A program made the position numbers and the translations under genes. This document shows, one piece after another, positions 12,776 through 38,803 of a stretch of DNA of 64,000 nt. The notes below the pieces were generated by a model. It was given only the letters and a program-made list of their open reading frames with translations. It ran no database searches and was not told where the DNA came from. Within the stretch, counting starts at the first letter, position 1; every line of letters begins with the position of its first letter. Origin of the DNA: Nemertoderma westbladi. Its lineage: Eukaryota; Animalia; Xenacoelomorpha. The stretch lies in NCBI GenBank assembly GCA_032718475.1, contig JAUCBJ010007055.1:1-64000 (forward strand), read 5' to 3'.

Positions 12776-14203
12776 GATCAGGCTTACACGCCTTCTGTTC
12801 AATACTGGCCTACAAATAAATAAAACTGACAGAAATAAGTAAGCTCCAAAAGAAACAAGGGGTGTACAGTCCCTAATCTCTTAAACAGCCTACCGGTATA
12901 CAACAATCAAATCGAATAATACTAATGTACTTATACGGGAAGTACCGGTTAGGACAGTTAGGCCTACGGACCTACAGAAGTACCGGTTCTGGCAGTTGGA
13001 CCTACGGACCTACGGCAGTACCGGTTCTGGCAGTTGGGCCTACTGACCTACAGATGGACCGTTCAGGTTTACCGGTTGACCGGTACTTTCAACTTTATTG
13101 CTTACTGCAATAAAGAAGCGATATCCGTTATTGTTCGCGCTTTTAGACCTTTGGCAGTTTAACCCGCCAAATTAGGATGTCTTTTAGATAATAAATCACT
13201 TTTAGCCTATGACAAGTATTTGATTCACTACACTAGTCGAAACCAATCTGTGCGCGATCATTCACCCGATGGATATACCCGGGAGATTGGGTTCGACGGC
13301 TTAATCTTATTGCTATGTAAGCCTAATGTATTATTCGACTGACAGTATTATATAATCTCTGACAATATTATTCACCTTCGGGAAATATTAACAGTTCCTT
13401 TAGGACGTGGCGCTCTATCTATATAAACAGAGTTATGACTTAAACTACTCACAACAATATGGCTTAGTTATAATTCACATATATGGCGCATTCTTTAGGA
13501 AATGCTTCGTTATCAGTCTCACTCATACACAATGCTGCACAATACTGCACACTAATCTGCCGATCTTCACTGATTTTAGTCACATATAAAAGGAACACGG
13601 ACCGACTCATGTAGGGTCTATCAAATAACATTAGATTCCCTTCAAACCACTTTAACATAAGTCACAATCGTTATATATAACCTTTCTCTCTTACCTTCGG
13701 TATATCAAGAATATTGGGTTTCGGGGTTATTTATCGTTATTCCAAATATAATAATTCATCAACCATATTATGAAGGACCGACAGTAAATAGCAGTATAAC
13801 AATATAAAGTATGCACAGTGTTTGATTAGGTATGGTATGTTATGATTTGAGTTGAGTTGTTATGCTGTTTGCAGTGTGTGTTTGCAGATAACGGATATAT
13901 GTCCTTATAATTAAGCCTACTAGTGTTAGGCTAAAACAGAAAAGCACAAAATATTTCCAAGCCGTTCTCTCCTGGCTCAGAACAGAATGTCAACACTGCA
14001 CATAAAGCATTACGTGATTTCTAGGAAATTTCTCTACAAGAGCCATAAAAATGCTCTGATTGGCTGACTGAACTGAGAGACGCCGTAGAACAAAGAAAAT
14101 CAACACTTATGAATATCAGCTGTTAACCGTAGTCATAGTAACTACTGTTCAAGAGTAGCTATCACCCTTTGCGTCATGGAATTGCCATAGAATCATCAAC
14201 TAT

Positions 14204-14473
14204 GCCTTTCACAGTACACATACGGAGGAAATAGGTCTTAGATCCTCTAAAAAACACCGATACAGCAATAATACAGTCTCTTACACCTATTAAATCAACT
14301 ACAGAGTATTTTAATGTAAAAGATAATAAAAATAACGGGCCTTTCACAGTACACATACGGAGGAAATAGGTCTTAGATCCTCTAAAAAACACCGATACAG
14401 CAATAATACAGTCTCTTACACCTATTAAATCAACTACAGAGTATTTTAATGTAAAAGATAATAAAAATAACGG
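14204..14473. repeat. Perfect 135-bp tandem duplication
   Basis: GCCTTTCACAGTACAC...AATAACGG starts at 14204 and again at 14339. Confidence 0.95.
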
Positions 14474-14854
14474 GGCAATTCAGCAAAGGCTTTTACAGCT
14501 GTTATTTTAAATTGAAATTACCACTATCTGAACATCATACTTTTCAAAGTAAAAATATAAATTTGATCACAATTTAGCATTAATTACACAGGTACCGGTA
14601 GTTAATACTGTAATACATTTGCCATAATATAATACTGTATTATATATTGTATATAAACATATATCAATTACCGGTAATTCAGTAATTAGCATATATTCTA
14701 CTGGCAAATATAGGTTCACTCTTGCATAGGCCAGGCCTCCTACAACCTGACATCGCTACTAAATGTCTGACTGATAACATCTGAACAAAACCCCTACAGC
14801 CCTAAGAAACATTTCTGCATTTTGTAGGCCTTCTTAAAACAGTAAAAGACTCAC

Positions 14855-15442
14855 CTTAACGACGGGAAGGAGTAGCGAGTTGGAGGAATCAGCGGTCATC
14901 GCGACACCGTTGTAGAGAATCGGAGAACGCGTTGCCACGATCAACGGGGCGGCGATTAATTGCTCCGGTTCCACCACGATGGTCGTGTGCTTTCCTGAAT
15001 CGCTCGCGTCGTAATGAAGATGGTCGATGACGCTGGTCCCATCCTCGTCGAACTCAACCCCGCAGTCCGAGCCGAGCTCCCGGATAGCGTCGGTTATCGA
15101 CGAACTCGCGGCCACGATGAGGTTCCCTCCAGCGTCGATAAACTCCACGATCCCCACCGGGGACACATTCCCGCCGAATTCTTCCACGTTCGGCGCAAAG
15201 AGGACCACGTTGTCGTAGAGGAATTCACCGTACTTAACCAGCGTCAGCGTCGAGTCGTCTGCGACCTTGTAGACCAGTTGGAATCCCTCGTCAACGAGGA
15301 TCTTAAAGAACTGGGAGTGGCTCTCTTTCTGTGCGAGTGTTTCTAGGAGAATTAGGGTTGGTTTAGTTTGGCTGAGAGTCCACGAGGTCGAGATGCAGGT
15401 CAGTACAAGAGAGATCACCGGTAAAATAAATAAACGAGCCAT
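14855..15442 (-). CDS. DDOST: Oligosaccharyltransferase 48-kDa subunit (OST48/WBP1), first coding exon
   Basis: Signal peptide, then SHSQFF, ADDSTLTLVKYGEFLYDNVVLFAP, FIDAGGNLIVAASS and VIDHLHYDASDSGKHT, typical of OST48. Ends at a phase-0 donor AAG|GTGAGT at 14855/14854. Confidence 0.93.
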
Positions 15443-16206
15443 CCAAATATTTTTTAGTTTTTCTTCAACACGTTCTGTTTTCTGGTTTTAGGCCTATCCT
15501 ATACTGCAGTACTGCTGTACCGTACTGCAGTACTGTTTGTTATACAGTTATACCAGTACCTGACTGCCTGAGTCTGACAGTCTGAGTATAAACTGTTATA
15601 CCTCACTACCACTGTACCAGTATCTGACTGTCTGAGTATACTGCTGTTGTGCTGTACTGTTATACCAGTCCAGTGTACTGTCGCGACTGTGATGCGATCA
15701 AAAGTGCCCCAATTTTTATCATCCAATGGGAACGTTTGTATACCCTGAGTCATATTTTGAAATCAGAAATTAACTCTGTCGTGTAGAAGTCAATATACTA
15801 CTAGGCTTCTACTATGAAGCAGTAGTTCCAATTTCCCCTGGAATACTTTCTGATGAGGCACACATCCTAAATAAGAGTTTTGGCTTGTTTAAATAAGCAG
15901 TGCGATCTTAACCAAGTTTGTAGTTACTTCTTAAATAAGCAGTGCGGGGTTGTTATAACTTCTGGTTACTTCTTAAAGAAGCAGTTTTTTATCTACTCAC
16001 TCATATACCTATCTGATTAAAATAGTTAATTTATGGGTATCAAATAAAACTGTCAGCCTGTACTGGTAATACTAATGTATATGTGAGTCGCCCATTACTT
16101 GTAAATTGTAATAATGAAAAGCGAAGCCTCGAAAAAACCAAATAATCTCAACGTTCGTGTTGCTTGGAGTTTAGCCCCGTTATTAATTAAAACAGTTTAT
16201 CTATTC

Positions 16207-16245
16207 AATCAATATATTTCTGCCACCAGGGCTATCATCAGGATT
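16207..16245 (-). ncRNA. Candidate minimal type-I hammerhead ribozyme (Penelope-type), possibly degenerate
   Basis: Minus strand reads AATC-CTGATGA-TAGCC-CTGGT-GGCA-GAAA-TATAT-T-GATT: both core boxes, stem I AATC/GATT, stem II GCC/GGC and a palindromic stem III. Confidence 0.5.
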
Positions 16246-16399
16246 ATAAAGAAAATAAAAACTAGCACCTACATGTTCATATAAATCTAAAAGGAAAGTA
16301 CAAAATTTATATTATAAGAAAATTTTATATACATCAGTTCAGCACTTGCATATAAACCTTAACTTTAACGGCACTTTTTAATGACTATGGTTTCATAGG

Positions 16400-16580
16400 C
16401 CTACCCGTTAGGACTTCTTACTGTAAAAGTATTCACTATGTATCTGTATATCGGGTGAACTCCTCCGAAACTATAGCTCGTCCGTCAATGAAAGTTATAT
16501 CAATCGACGCAGCTCAACCCCAGGATGTGGATAAAAAAAATTCGAAAAAATCGAAAATATCGAAAAAAAATTATTAAAGT
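16400..16580. mobile_element. Fragment resembling a non-autonomous Helentron/DINE-like element
   Basis: (TGTA/TCTG)-type microsatellite followed by AACTCCTCCGAAAC...TATATCAATCGACGC, a pattern I associate with such elements; boundaries uncertain. Confidence 0.35.
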
Positions 16581-17525
16581 GTCTTTTTGTTATTCGAAAA
16601 ATAACTTAATTTAATTTATATTTCGCAAACAACTGTAACAAATTAATGTTCTAGTTGAACAATAAACTCAACAAAATAATATGATATAAGTAAGCCTACC
16701 TATAATACACAAACAAATTAAATTATAAACAAGTCAAATTATATATAAACAACCCAACTTTGCAATGCAGCCAGCCAGACTCTTAAATACAAAGCAACAG
16801 AGTATATTTGCACCATTTCAGTTGATCCATAAAACGGCGATTAAACAGTACACATGAAAGCGAGAGTGAATGTACTGTAATTTAATGTAATGTACAGTAC
16901 TATATAGCAATAACTAAATTAGCAATCGAAAAATTCGAAAAATAACACATTTATTTTTCTACTTCCTTCCAACTTATGCCTGTTGGCGGTTATAAATTCA
17001 TTCGCTCATGCCAAAACACGGGCTGTTCCATTATGATAATGATGTACTCTGTCAAACATACTGTACTGTGTACCCTAGAAAATAGTCACACAAAAAGTTC
17101 AATTAATTTATTATTTTCTCTAAGGGGAGGTGGGGGGGGGGGCGCCAAAATCGTGGCGGGCCCCCCTGCCACAAACATCAGCTACGCCACTGCATACAAT
17201 TACAATTCAACGCAGATTATACAGTATAAGCTTATATCATACGAGAACGCCATCAAGTGGCTTTAAACGAACCTGTCTTACACAGACTCAAAGAAACGAG
17301 AAGGGGTAAAATCCGCATTAAAAATAGATAAATTTGACAGATTAAAAATGGGTAAGTGTTTGAAAGGGAGATTAAAAATAGGTAAATGTTTGGGATAACT
17401 GCCGATTTACTAAATTTCAATACATGTAATAATATGCATAATTGAGAAACGGTTGATATCGTACGCATATAGCATAAACGAGATCAAAAAAATTTAATTC
17501 AATTATTATTATTATAAATTTCTAA

Positions 17526-19025
17526 ACTAGAGACGGCGTCAAGACGCCGTTAAGCAAGTCGGAAGTCGTCAATCAAAGGTAAGTTCCCTCAACAATGTTT
17601 ACCTTTGTTCAGAAGGGAAGTGTTATTTATCTATGGTCAGAGAGAGATCCCACTCTGTAAGTTGGCAATTGCTCAAATCCATTCAGCTGAATGACTCAGT
17701 AGAGTAAACTAAAGTAAATTCCCTCAGCCTCAACAATGTTTGCCTATGGTGTGAAGGGAATCTGACAGAGAATAATCTTAGCCACTAAATGTCATTCACC
17801 TAACAAAACATTTTGAATGGCACAGTGATTAACCCATTACAGATAATAAGCAGTTATTTTTATATTTCAAACTATAATGTTAGTGTAAGCCTTACAGAGT
17901 ATCAGTATGAGGCTGAGTAAACATTCCGCCTTATAAGCATACAGCTTCCAATGAATTAATGTTGGCCAAAAGATTTAAAAATAAAATACAGTGCAATAGT
18001 ACTCTGTAACCTACAGTCATTCAGCTTGCACTAAATATCAATCACCTATAAAACATTTAAACATTTTGAATGCCACAGTGTGTAACCTGATACAGATAAT
18101 AAGCAGTGATTTTTATGTTTTAAACTATAACGTTAGTGTTAGCCTTACAGTGTATCAGTATGAAGCTGAGTAAACATTCGCCTTATAAGCATACAACCTC
18201 CAAAGTATTAATGTTGGACGAAAGATTTAAAAATAAAATAGAGTGCAGTACTGTAGTACTCTGTAACTAACAGTCATTCAGCTTGCACTAAATGTCAACC
18301 ACCTATAAAACATTTTGAATGCCACAGTGATTATTAACCCAATACAGATAATAATAAGTGATTTTTATATTTCAAACTATAATGTTAGTCTTAGCCTTAC
18401 AGAGTATCAGTATAAGGCTGAGTAAACATTCCACCTTATAAGCATACAGCCTCCACAGTATTAATGTTGGCATTAATGTAGCCGATACACTGTATACCTA
18501 ATAGTCATTCAGCAGGGGGAAGAGTTATTCAGCTGAGGCAGTAATAGATTGCAAACTAAACCAACCAGTTGGCAGCCTCATCGATTTATACTAAGCCTGT
18601 GTAGAACCACAAACTAAATCAACCAGTTAATATTTGCTTTGACAGAGAGTGCAGGGCCTAAACAAACAGTATGGGTGTACTGAGTACAATAATCTTGGCA
18701 ACCTCATCGATTTATACTAAGCCTTGTGTAGAAATGCATTACATAAGCCATTTTTCATCAGGACACCAGCTGTCATTGGTGTTATTTTACCATTGCGCCT
18801 AAGGCGTTTTTTCGTTTATCTCTATTTTTCGAGCCCAGAGGCTATGGACGGAGTAGCCGATCATACCAGGGACCTTAGAATCGTGGTATCTAGTCGCTGT
18901 GAAAATTTCATCAAATTCGTTAGAGTAGTTTTGGCTGTAGATCAGTCAGTCAGTCAGCCAGTCAGCCAGCCAGTCAGCCAGTCAGTCAACAATTCTTACA
19001 GTAATCAAGTCTAACGACTTGCTAA
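17526..19025. mobile_element. Non-autonomous rolling-circle (HINE/DINE-like) element with internal ~250-bp tandem repeats
   Basis: ACTAG plus hairpin ACGGCGTC-AA-GACGCCGT (17533-17550); subterminal inverted repeat AGCAAGTCG (17553) / CGACTTGCT (19015); (CAGT/CAGC)n at 18943-18988; three ~250-bp internal repeats at 17785-18510. Confidence 0.65.
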
Positions 19026-19148
19026 TAAATTAGAGTTCCTGGTTTCAAATCTCAGTGCCTGGTTTTTTAATTGGCGTTCCCACTTACAAATTTGTGTACC
19101 TGGGATGGTTACAAATTTTAGTTCCTGGTTACAAATCAGTATGTTTCC

Positions 19149-19240
19149 TACTACTTTACTACTAGGATCGGCACGCTGCATTTTTAAGAATGCTGTACCG
19201 GCTTATCGACAAAATTGCGCCGCCACAACTCCCTATCACC
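19149..19240 (-). mobile_element. 3'-end fragment of the RTE-like LINE
   Basis: Matches 62200-62296 (CTACTAGGATCGGCA...GCCACAACTCCCTATCACC), including the (TAG)n tail. Confidence 0.9.
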
Positions 19241-19249
19241 CATGACACT

Positions 19250-20025
19250 TCCAGGATCTAAACTCACATCTAGGATCTAAATTCGTGTTTAGGATCTAAG
19301 TTCGCTGCCAGGATCTAAGTTCAGATCTAGGTTCTAAGTTCACATCTAGGATCTGTGTTCATGTTCCTTTCGGATCTAAGTTCATATTTAGGATCTAAGT
19401 TCGCTTCCAGGATATAATAATTCATATCTAGGATCTAAGTTTGCTTCCAAGATCTAAGTTCTCCTATAGGATCTAAGTTCGTGTTTAGGATCTAAGTTCG
19501 TGTTTAGGATCTAAGTTCGCTTCCAGGATCTAAGTTCAGATCTAGGATCTAAGTTTGCATTCAGGAAGTTCATATCTAGGATCTAAGTTCGCTTCCAGGA
19601 TCTAAGTTCACATCTAGGGTCTATGTTCACGTTGCTTTCGGATCTAAGTTCGTATCTAGGATCTAAGTTCGCTTCCAGGATCTAAGTTCGCTTCCAGGAT
19701 CTAAGTTCGCTTCCAGGATCTAAGTTCATATGCAGGATCTAAGTTCGCTTCCACCATCTAAGTTCGGATCTAGGTAAGTTCGCTTCCAGGATCTAAGTTC
19801 ACATCTAGGATCTATGTTCACGTTGCTTTCGGATCTAAGTTAGTATCTAGGATATAAGTTTGCTTCCAGGATCTAAGTTCACATCTAGGATCTATGTTCA
19901 CATTGCTTTCGGATCTAAGTTCGTATCTAGGATCTAAGTTCGTATCTAGGATATAAGTTTGCTCCCAGGATCTAAGTTTGGATCTAGGATCTAATTTCAC
20001 ACACTTCCAGTTCGCTTCCAGGATG
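19250..20025. repeat. 19-bp minisatellite (AGGATCTAAGTTCGCTTCC and variants)
   Basis: About 40 degenerate tandem units. Confidence 0.95.
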
Positions 20026-20391
20026 TAACTTGATGTTAAAGTGATTTGAGACTGACAGACAGAAACAAGGTTTCAATAGTGCATCTCTTATCTAAGCTTG
20101 ATAACTTCGTGGTTCGCCCCACTCCACTACTGCCCTTGCTTGGATCCACAGAATTAATGTACAAATCATCTCCAATTGCATTAATTGCAATATATTTCAT
20201 TTAACCGGAATTTATCGCCGGATTTATTAAAATAGAGGTCCAGTAATCCAGTAAAATAATATCATAATATACAAATATACGCGAATAATAATTATTACAG
20301 ACACAAATCAGTATTATTATATTATCATATAAAAATAAATGTAGAAAATAAATACACACAATTAATTATGCACAATATACAGGGAGAAATA

Positions 20392-20862
20392 GCCGTACTC
20401 ATGTTTTGAAAGCTGAGTGGCTTTTGTTCACAATGTGGGAGATCAAAGTTTCCACTAAGTAACCATTAGGGTTCAATGGGCCTCACAAAGCCATTGAATA
20501 CGATATCGTATATCCATACGACACGTTAACTTATCCTAAAGGTCACCAATAGGAGGAGCTTCCGGTTGACGTCACTCCTTTGATCACAATCGGGGCCAAG
20601 CATCAAGAACTCGAACCAAAATACGGCTCGAGGTCAAACTTAAGCCAACCAATAACAGTAGGTCCCCAAACGGAAAACCGACTGCCATGGCCAGAGGTAC
20701 CACCCTCTCCGCCACAGTGAAATCAGGGCACACAGAATCCAAGGAAGCTCGGTTGGGTGAGGACTGGCTTCCAACCATGCCTATGCAAGGGCCGAGACCC
20801 ATGCACTTTAATTATAACATCACCTCGAGTTCTGTGTACGCCAAACTGCACATTGAAACGAT
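20392..20862 (-). ncRNA. Candidate structured ncRNA, copy 1 (Helitron 3' region)
   Basis: GC-balanced island in AT-rich DNA, near-identical to 21402-21870, with several stems that need G-U pairs on the minus strand and no credible ORF. Confidence 0.45.
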
Positions 20863-21401
20863 AATGATAATCAACACAAATACCATCATATGAATCGTCT
20901 CAAACCCACTTAACATGAATGAAGATGTCCACATATTTTGCATTGCTAACATTTTAACTTATAATTAATTTAATCAGAATTGATTTAATCTAATCGGAAA
21001 TTGCAAACATACAGAAAATAATAATTTAATTTAAATTATTTATTTGTGCGATTGTTTATTTTTATTACCATTTAATAATTATTCGCATTATATTTCTGAA
21101 ATATATATTTTATGAACAAAAATTAATATTTTTGAAAGGTTACCGATGATAATGTTGAAATTTTGGAATAAAATATATTACTTTTAGCGGGAAACTTCCT
21201 TGAGCCAGGTCTAAGCCAATAATAATACAAGCACAATCTTAGCGCGTCTAAAGATTTTTTGTTACTTCTGTTTGCACAAATTTGGAAATCGTAAATTTTT
21301 ACTTACATTGAGATGGATCATTTTGATAAGGATGCTTTCATTCATATAAAAGTGAGATAATTCACAACCTTGACCCGGCACGACAAGGAGTGAGCTAAAA
21401 T

Positions 21402-21870
21402 GCCGTACTCATGTTTTAAAAGCTGAGTGGGCTTTTGTTCACAATGGGAGATCAAAGTTTCCACTAAGTAACCAATAGGTTCAATGGGCCTCACAAAGCC
21501 ATTGAATACGATATCGTATATCCATACGACACGTTAACTTATCCTAAAGGTCACCAATAGGAGGAGCTTCCGGTTGACGTCACTCCTTTGATCACAATCG
21601 GGGCCAAGCATCAAGAACTCGAACCAAAATACGGCTCGAGGTCAAACTTAAGCCAACCAATAACAGTAGGTCCCCAAACGGAAAACCGACTGCCATGGCC
21701 AGAGGTACCACCCTCTCCGCCACAGTGAAATCAGGGCACACAGAATCCAAGGAAGCTCGGTTGGGTGAGGACTGGCTTCCAACCATGCCTATGCAAGGGC
21801 CGAGACCCATGCACTTTAATTATAACATCACCTCGAGTTCTGTGTACGCCAAACTGCACATTGAAACGAT
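21402..21870 (-). ncRNA. Candidate structured ncRNA, copy 2 (Helitron 3' region)
   Basis: Same evidence as copy 1; part of a ~1-kb tandem duplication (20392-21392 / 21402-22285). Confidence 0.45.
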
Positions 21871-22606
21871 AAATCGTGTCATCGTCTCAATGAATCGTCT
21901 CAAACCCACTTAACATGAATGAAGATGTCCACATATTTTGCATTCGCTAACATTTTAACTTATAATTAATTTAATCAGAATTGAGTTAATCTAATCGGAA
22001 ATTGCAAACATACAGAAAATAATAATTTAATTTAAATTATTTATTTGTGCGATTGTTTATTACCATTTAATTATTTGCATTCAATTTCTGAAAAATTAAC
22101 CTTTAAAAAGCTAATTTAACAATGCTAGGGCGTCTAAACATTTTTTTGTTACTTCTGTTTACACAAATTATGATTCCTTAAAATTATACTAACATTGAGT
22201 TGTATCAGTTCGTTGTGGGTGGTATCATTCATATAAAAGTGAGATAATTCACATTCACAGCCTTGTCCCGGCACGACAAGGAGTGTTCTACAGTAAATGC
22301 ACCAAAATAATATCAAACTTACAAATACGACACATATTATATTAGGCCATATATACACGTGGCAATATATATGCCATATACAATAATATGTCGCAATTCG
22401 TAAGAATACAATATGTTAATTAAAATAAATATAATAATTAGGATTTGGCCTCCCCTACTCCCCTACAGCCAATCCCATGAAATTCCCATTCCCATGTTGA
22501 AGTTTCTGACTTACTATTATCCGGCAGCCAGTTTGATTTCGGACAGTATGCTTGTTTCCATGGTAACGCGTAATAGAACCACAGAGACAGCCCCTTTGGG
22601 TCCCCG

Positions 22607-37361
<14,755 letters not shown>

Positions 37362-37541
37362 GGAAGTTAAACTTAGTCCGTTTTTTCGGAGGCATAGTCA
37401 GATAGTAGAGTAGTGTCTGATTGTGGTGATGGAGGATGGAAAATCTCGGACAATCGTTAATGGCAGAATGGAATGGATTCACGAACAGACGAAAGCAATA
37501 TACAATACAAACAAACAAACAAACTGATAAAACCAATGATA

Positions 37542-37584
37542 ATAATTACCGGTGGGCCTCGGACCGAGGCCCACCGGTAATTAT
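37542..37584. other. Perfect 21-bp inverted repeat with 1-nt spacer
   Basis: ATAATTACCGGTGGGCCTCGG-A-CCGAGGCCCACCGGTAATTAT. Confidence 0.97.
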
Positions 37585-38675
37585 GGGTCAGCCTAATCAC
37601 CCAACTACACCCAACTTTCACCCAACTACACCCAACTACACCCAACTACACCCAACTACACCCAACTTTCACCCAACTACACCCAACTTTCACCCAACTA
37701 CCACCCAACTACACCCAACTTTCACCAACTACACCCAACTTCAACACAACAGCATCCAACTTATACCAAACTATACTGTATGGCACCTATCTTCCACAAA
37801 TTACAATATGTACAGTAACAAACTCTGAACTTCTTTGAGGAATTGCTGAGATATGAACTTTTAAAAGTTGCATGTACTCGTGCTGTATTTTGCCATCACT
37901 GCCCTGCAATTATGAAAATAACTAACTAACATTTTATTTTTATTGCAGGTTGATTCTAGAATAATTGATGAATTTAGCAAAAAATATACAAAGGAGAGAC
38001 ACAGAGACTATTGACGAACGATCCAGATACCTATAGATGTCTACACATACCACGCATCAAAACTCCAAACTAAGCTACAGTACAAACTAAACTGGCGCTG
38101 TGGGATTGCGGTGAAAATGAAAACGGTATTGATACACAGGAGGGTCACCGTCACAGCCTTAACGACGAAATCGCATTATTGGAAACTTCTGCTGTGGGAA
38201 TAGCAATGCAGATAATTCGTACAAAGTTAATGGACATAAATTCTATATTATACAGTATGTTTAATGCAATTATAATAATGTAATTATCCTTTATGTATCA
38301 TAGAATACAAGAAAATAAACTGTAACATTATTTTCAGCTTCTTTATCTTAAACTTTATAGCCTTTATACTGTATTAATTAATTTTTAACGAAACAACAGA
38401 AATAATTTTAGAACTTTTTACATTTCTCATTACATTTTACATGTCTCAAGTTTACACTCCATTTGGCTCCCTGATCCAATCTTAATGGTTAGCAAATAAA
38501 GTACTTTCTGTATAATATAGGCGAATAATAAATTTCTCATGGAACCAAAATAATAAACGAAAGATAAGATCAAATTAATATAAAGGCCACGAAGTTTAGA
38601 ATAAAACTGTTGAAAATAAAGACTACAGTATGTTACAATCTTTCTTGTAATATGATACAAAGGATAATTATAATA

Positions 38676-38803
38676 TTTTATTGTTAAATTTCTGAATTAC
38701 TTAACGCTTGTCCTTGGACAAGCCGTAAATATAGTAGATAGATGGATTATTTGCGGCTCGTCCATAGACGAGCGTTAAGTAATAAAGAAATTTAACAATA
38801 AAA
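38676..38803. repeat. Imperfect ~55-bp-arm hairpin (miniature foldback)
   Basis: TTTTATTGTTAAATTTCT..ATTACTTAACGCTTGTCC...AAATA pairs with its reverse complement across a ~16-nt loop. Confidence 0.85.

Larger units (their letters stand above)
9490..14165 (-). mobile_element. Putative truncated retroelement 5' region (promoter-like segment, long repeat-containing leader, ORF)
   Basis: CCAAT-box-like GCCAATC on minus near 14060, a long leader with internal repeats and hairpins, then an intronless ORF. No second LTR, PBS or pol found. Confidence 0.3.

Noticed and set aside
11300-14170. Defined LTR and primer-binding site
   Set aside because: I found no convincing tRNA-complementary TGG site next to a CA end and no second LTR in the window.
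14174-14392. Possible DDOST exon 2
   Set aside because: The translation does not match the expected SYS...LQARNNARV continuation; it is a 135-bp duplication.
15850-15880. Other CTGATGA hammerhead-like seeds (also ~18755, 45618, 54845, 58480)
   Set aside because: No stem II followed by GAAA.
20465-20473. Telomerase-template-like AACCCTAA on minus
   Set aside because: Not conserved in copy 2, and it lies near the 3' rather than the 5' end of the putative RNA.
20608-20632. Group II intron domain V resemblance (GAGCCGTA...GGTTCG on minus)
   Set aside because: Too short for the ~34-nt domain V, with no bulge, domain VI or GUGYG start.
20584-21913. 68-72 aa ORFs within the duplicated unit
   Set aside because: Short, overlapping on both strands and without a recognisable domain; identity between copies reflects DNA identity only.
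20100-22600. Fanzor/TnpB cargo accompanying the candidate RNA
   Set aside because: No ORF with RuvC or zinc-ribbon motifs was found in or near the element.
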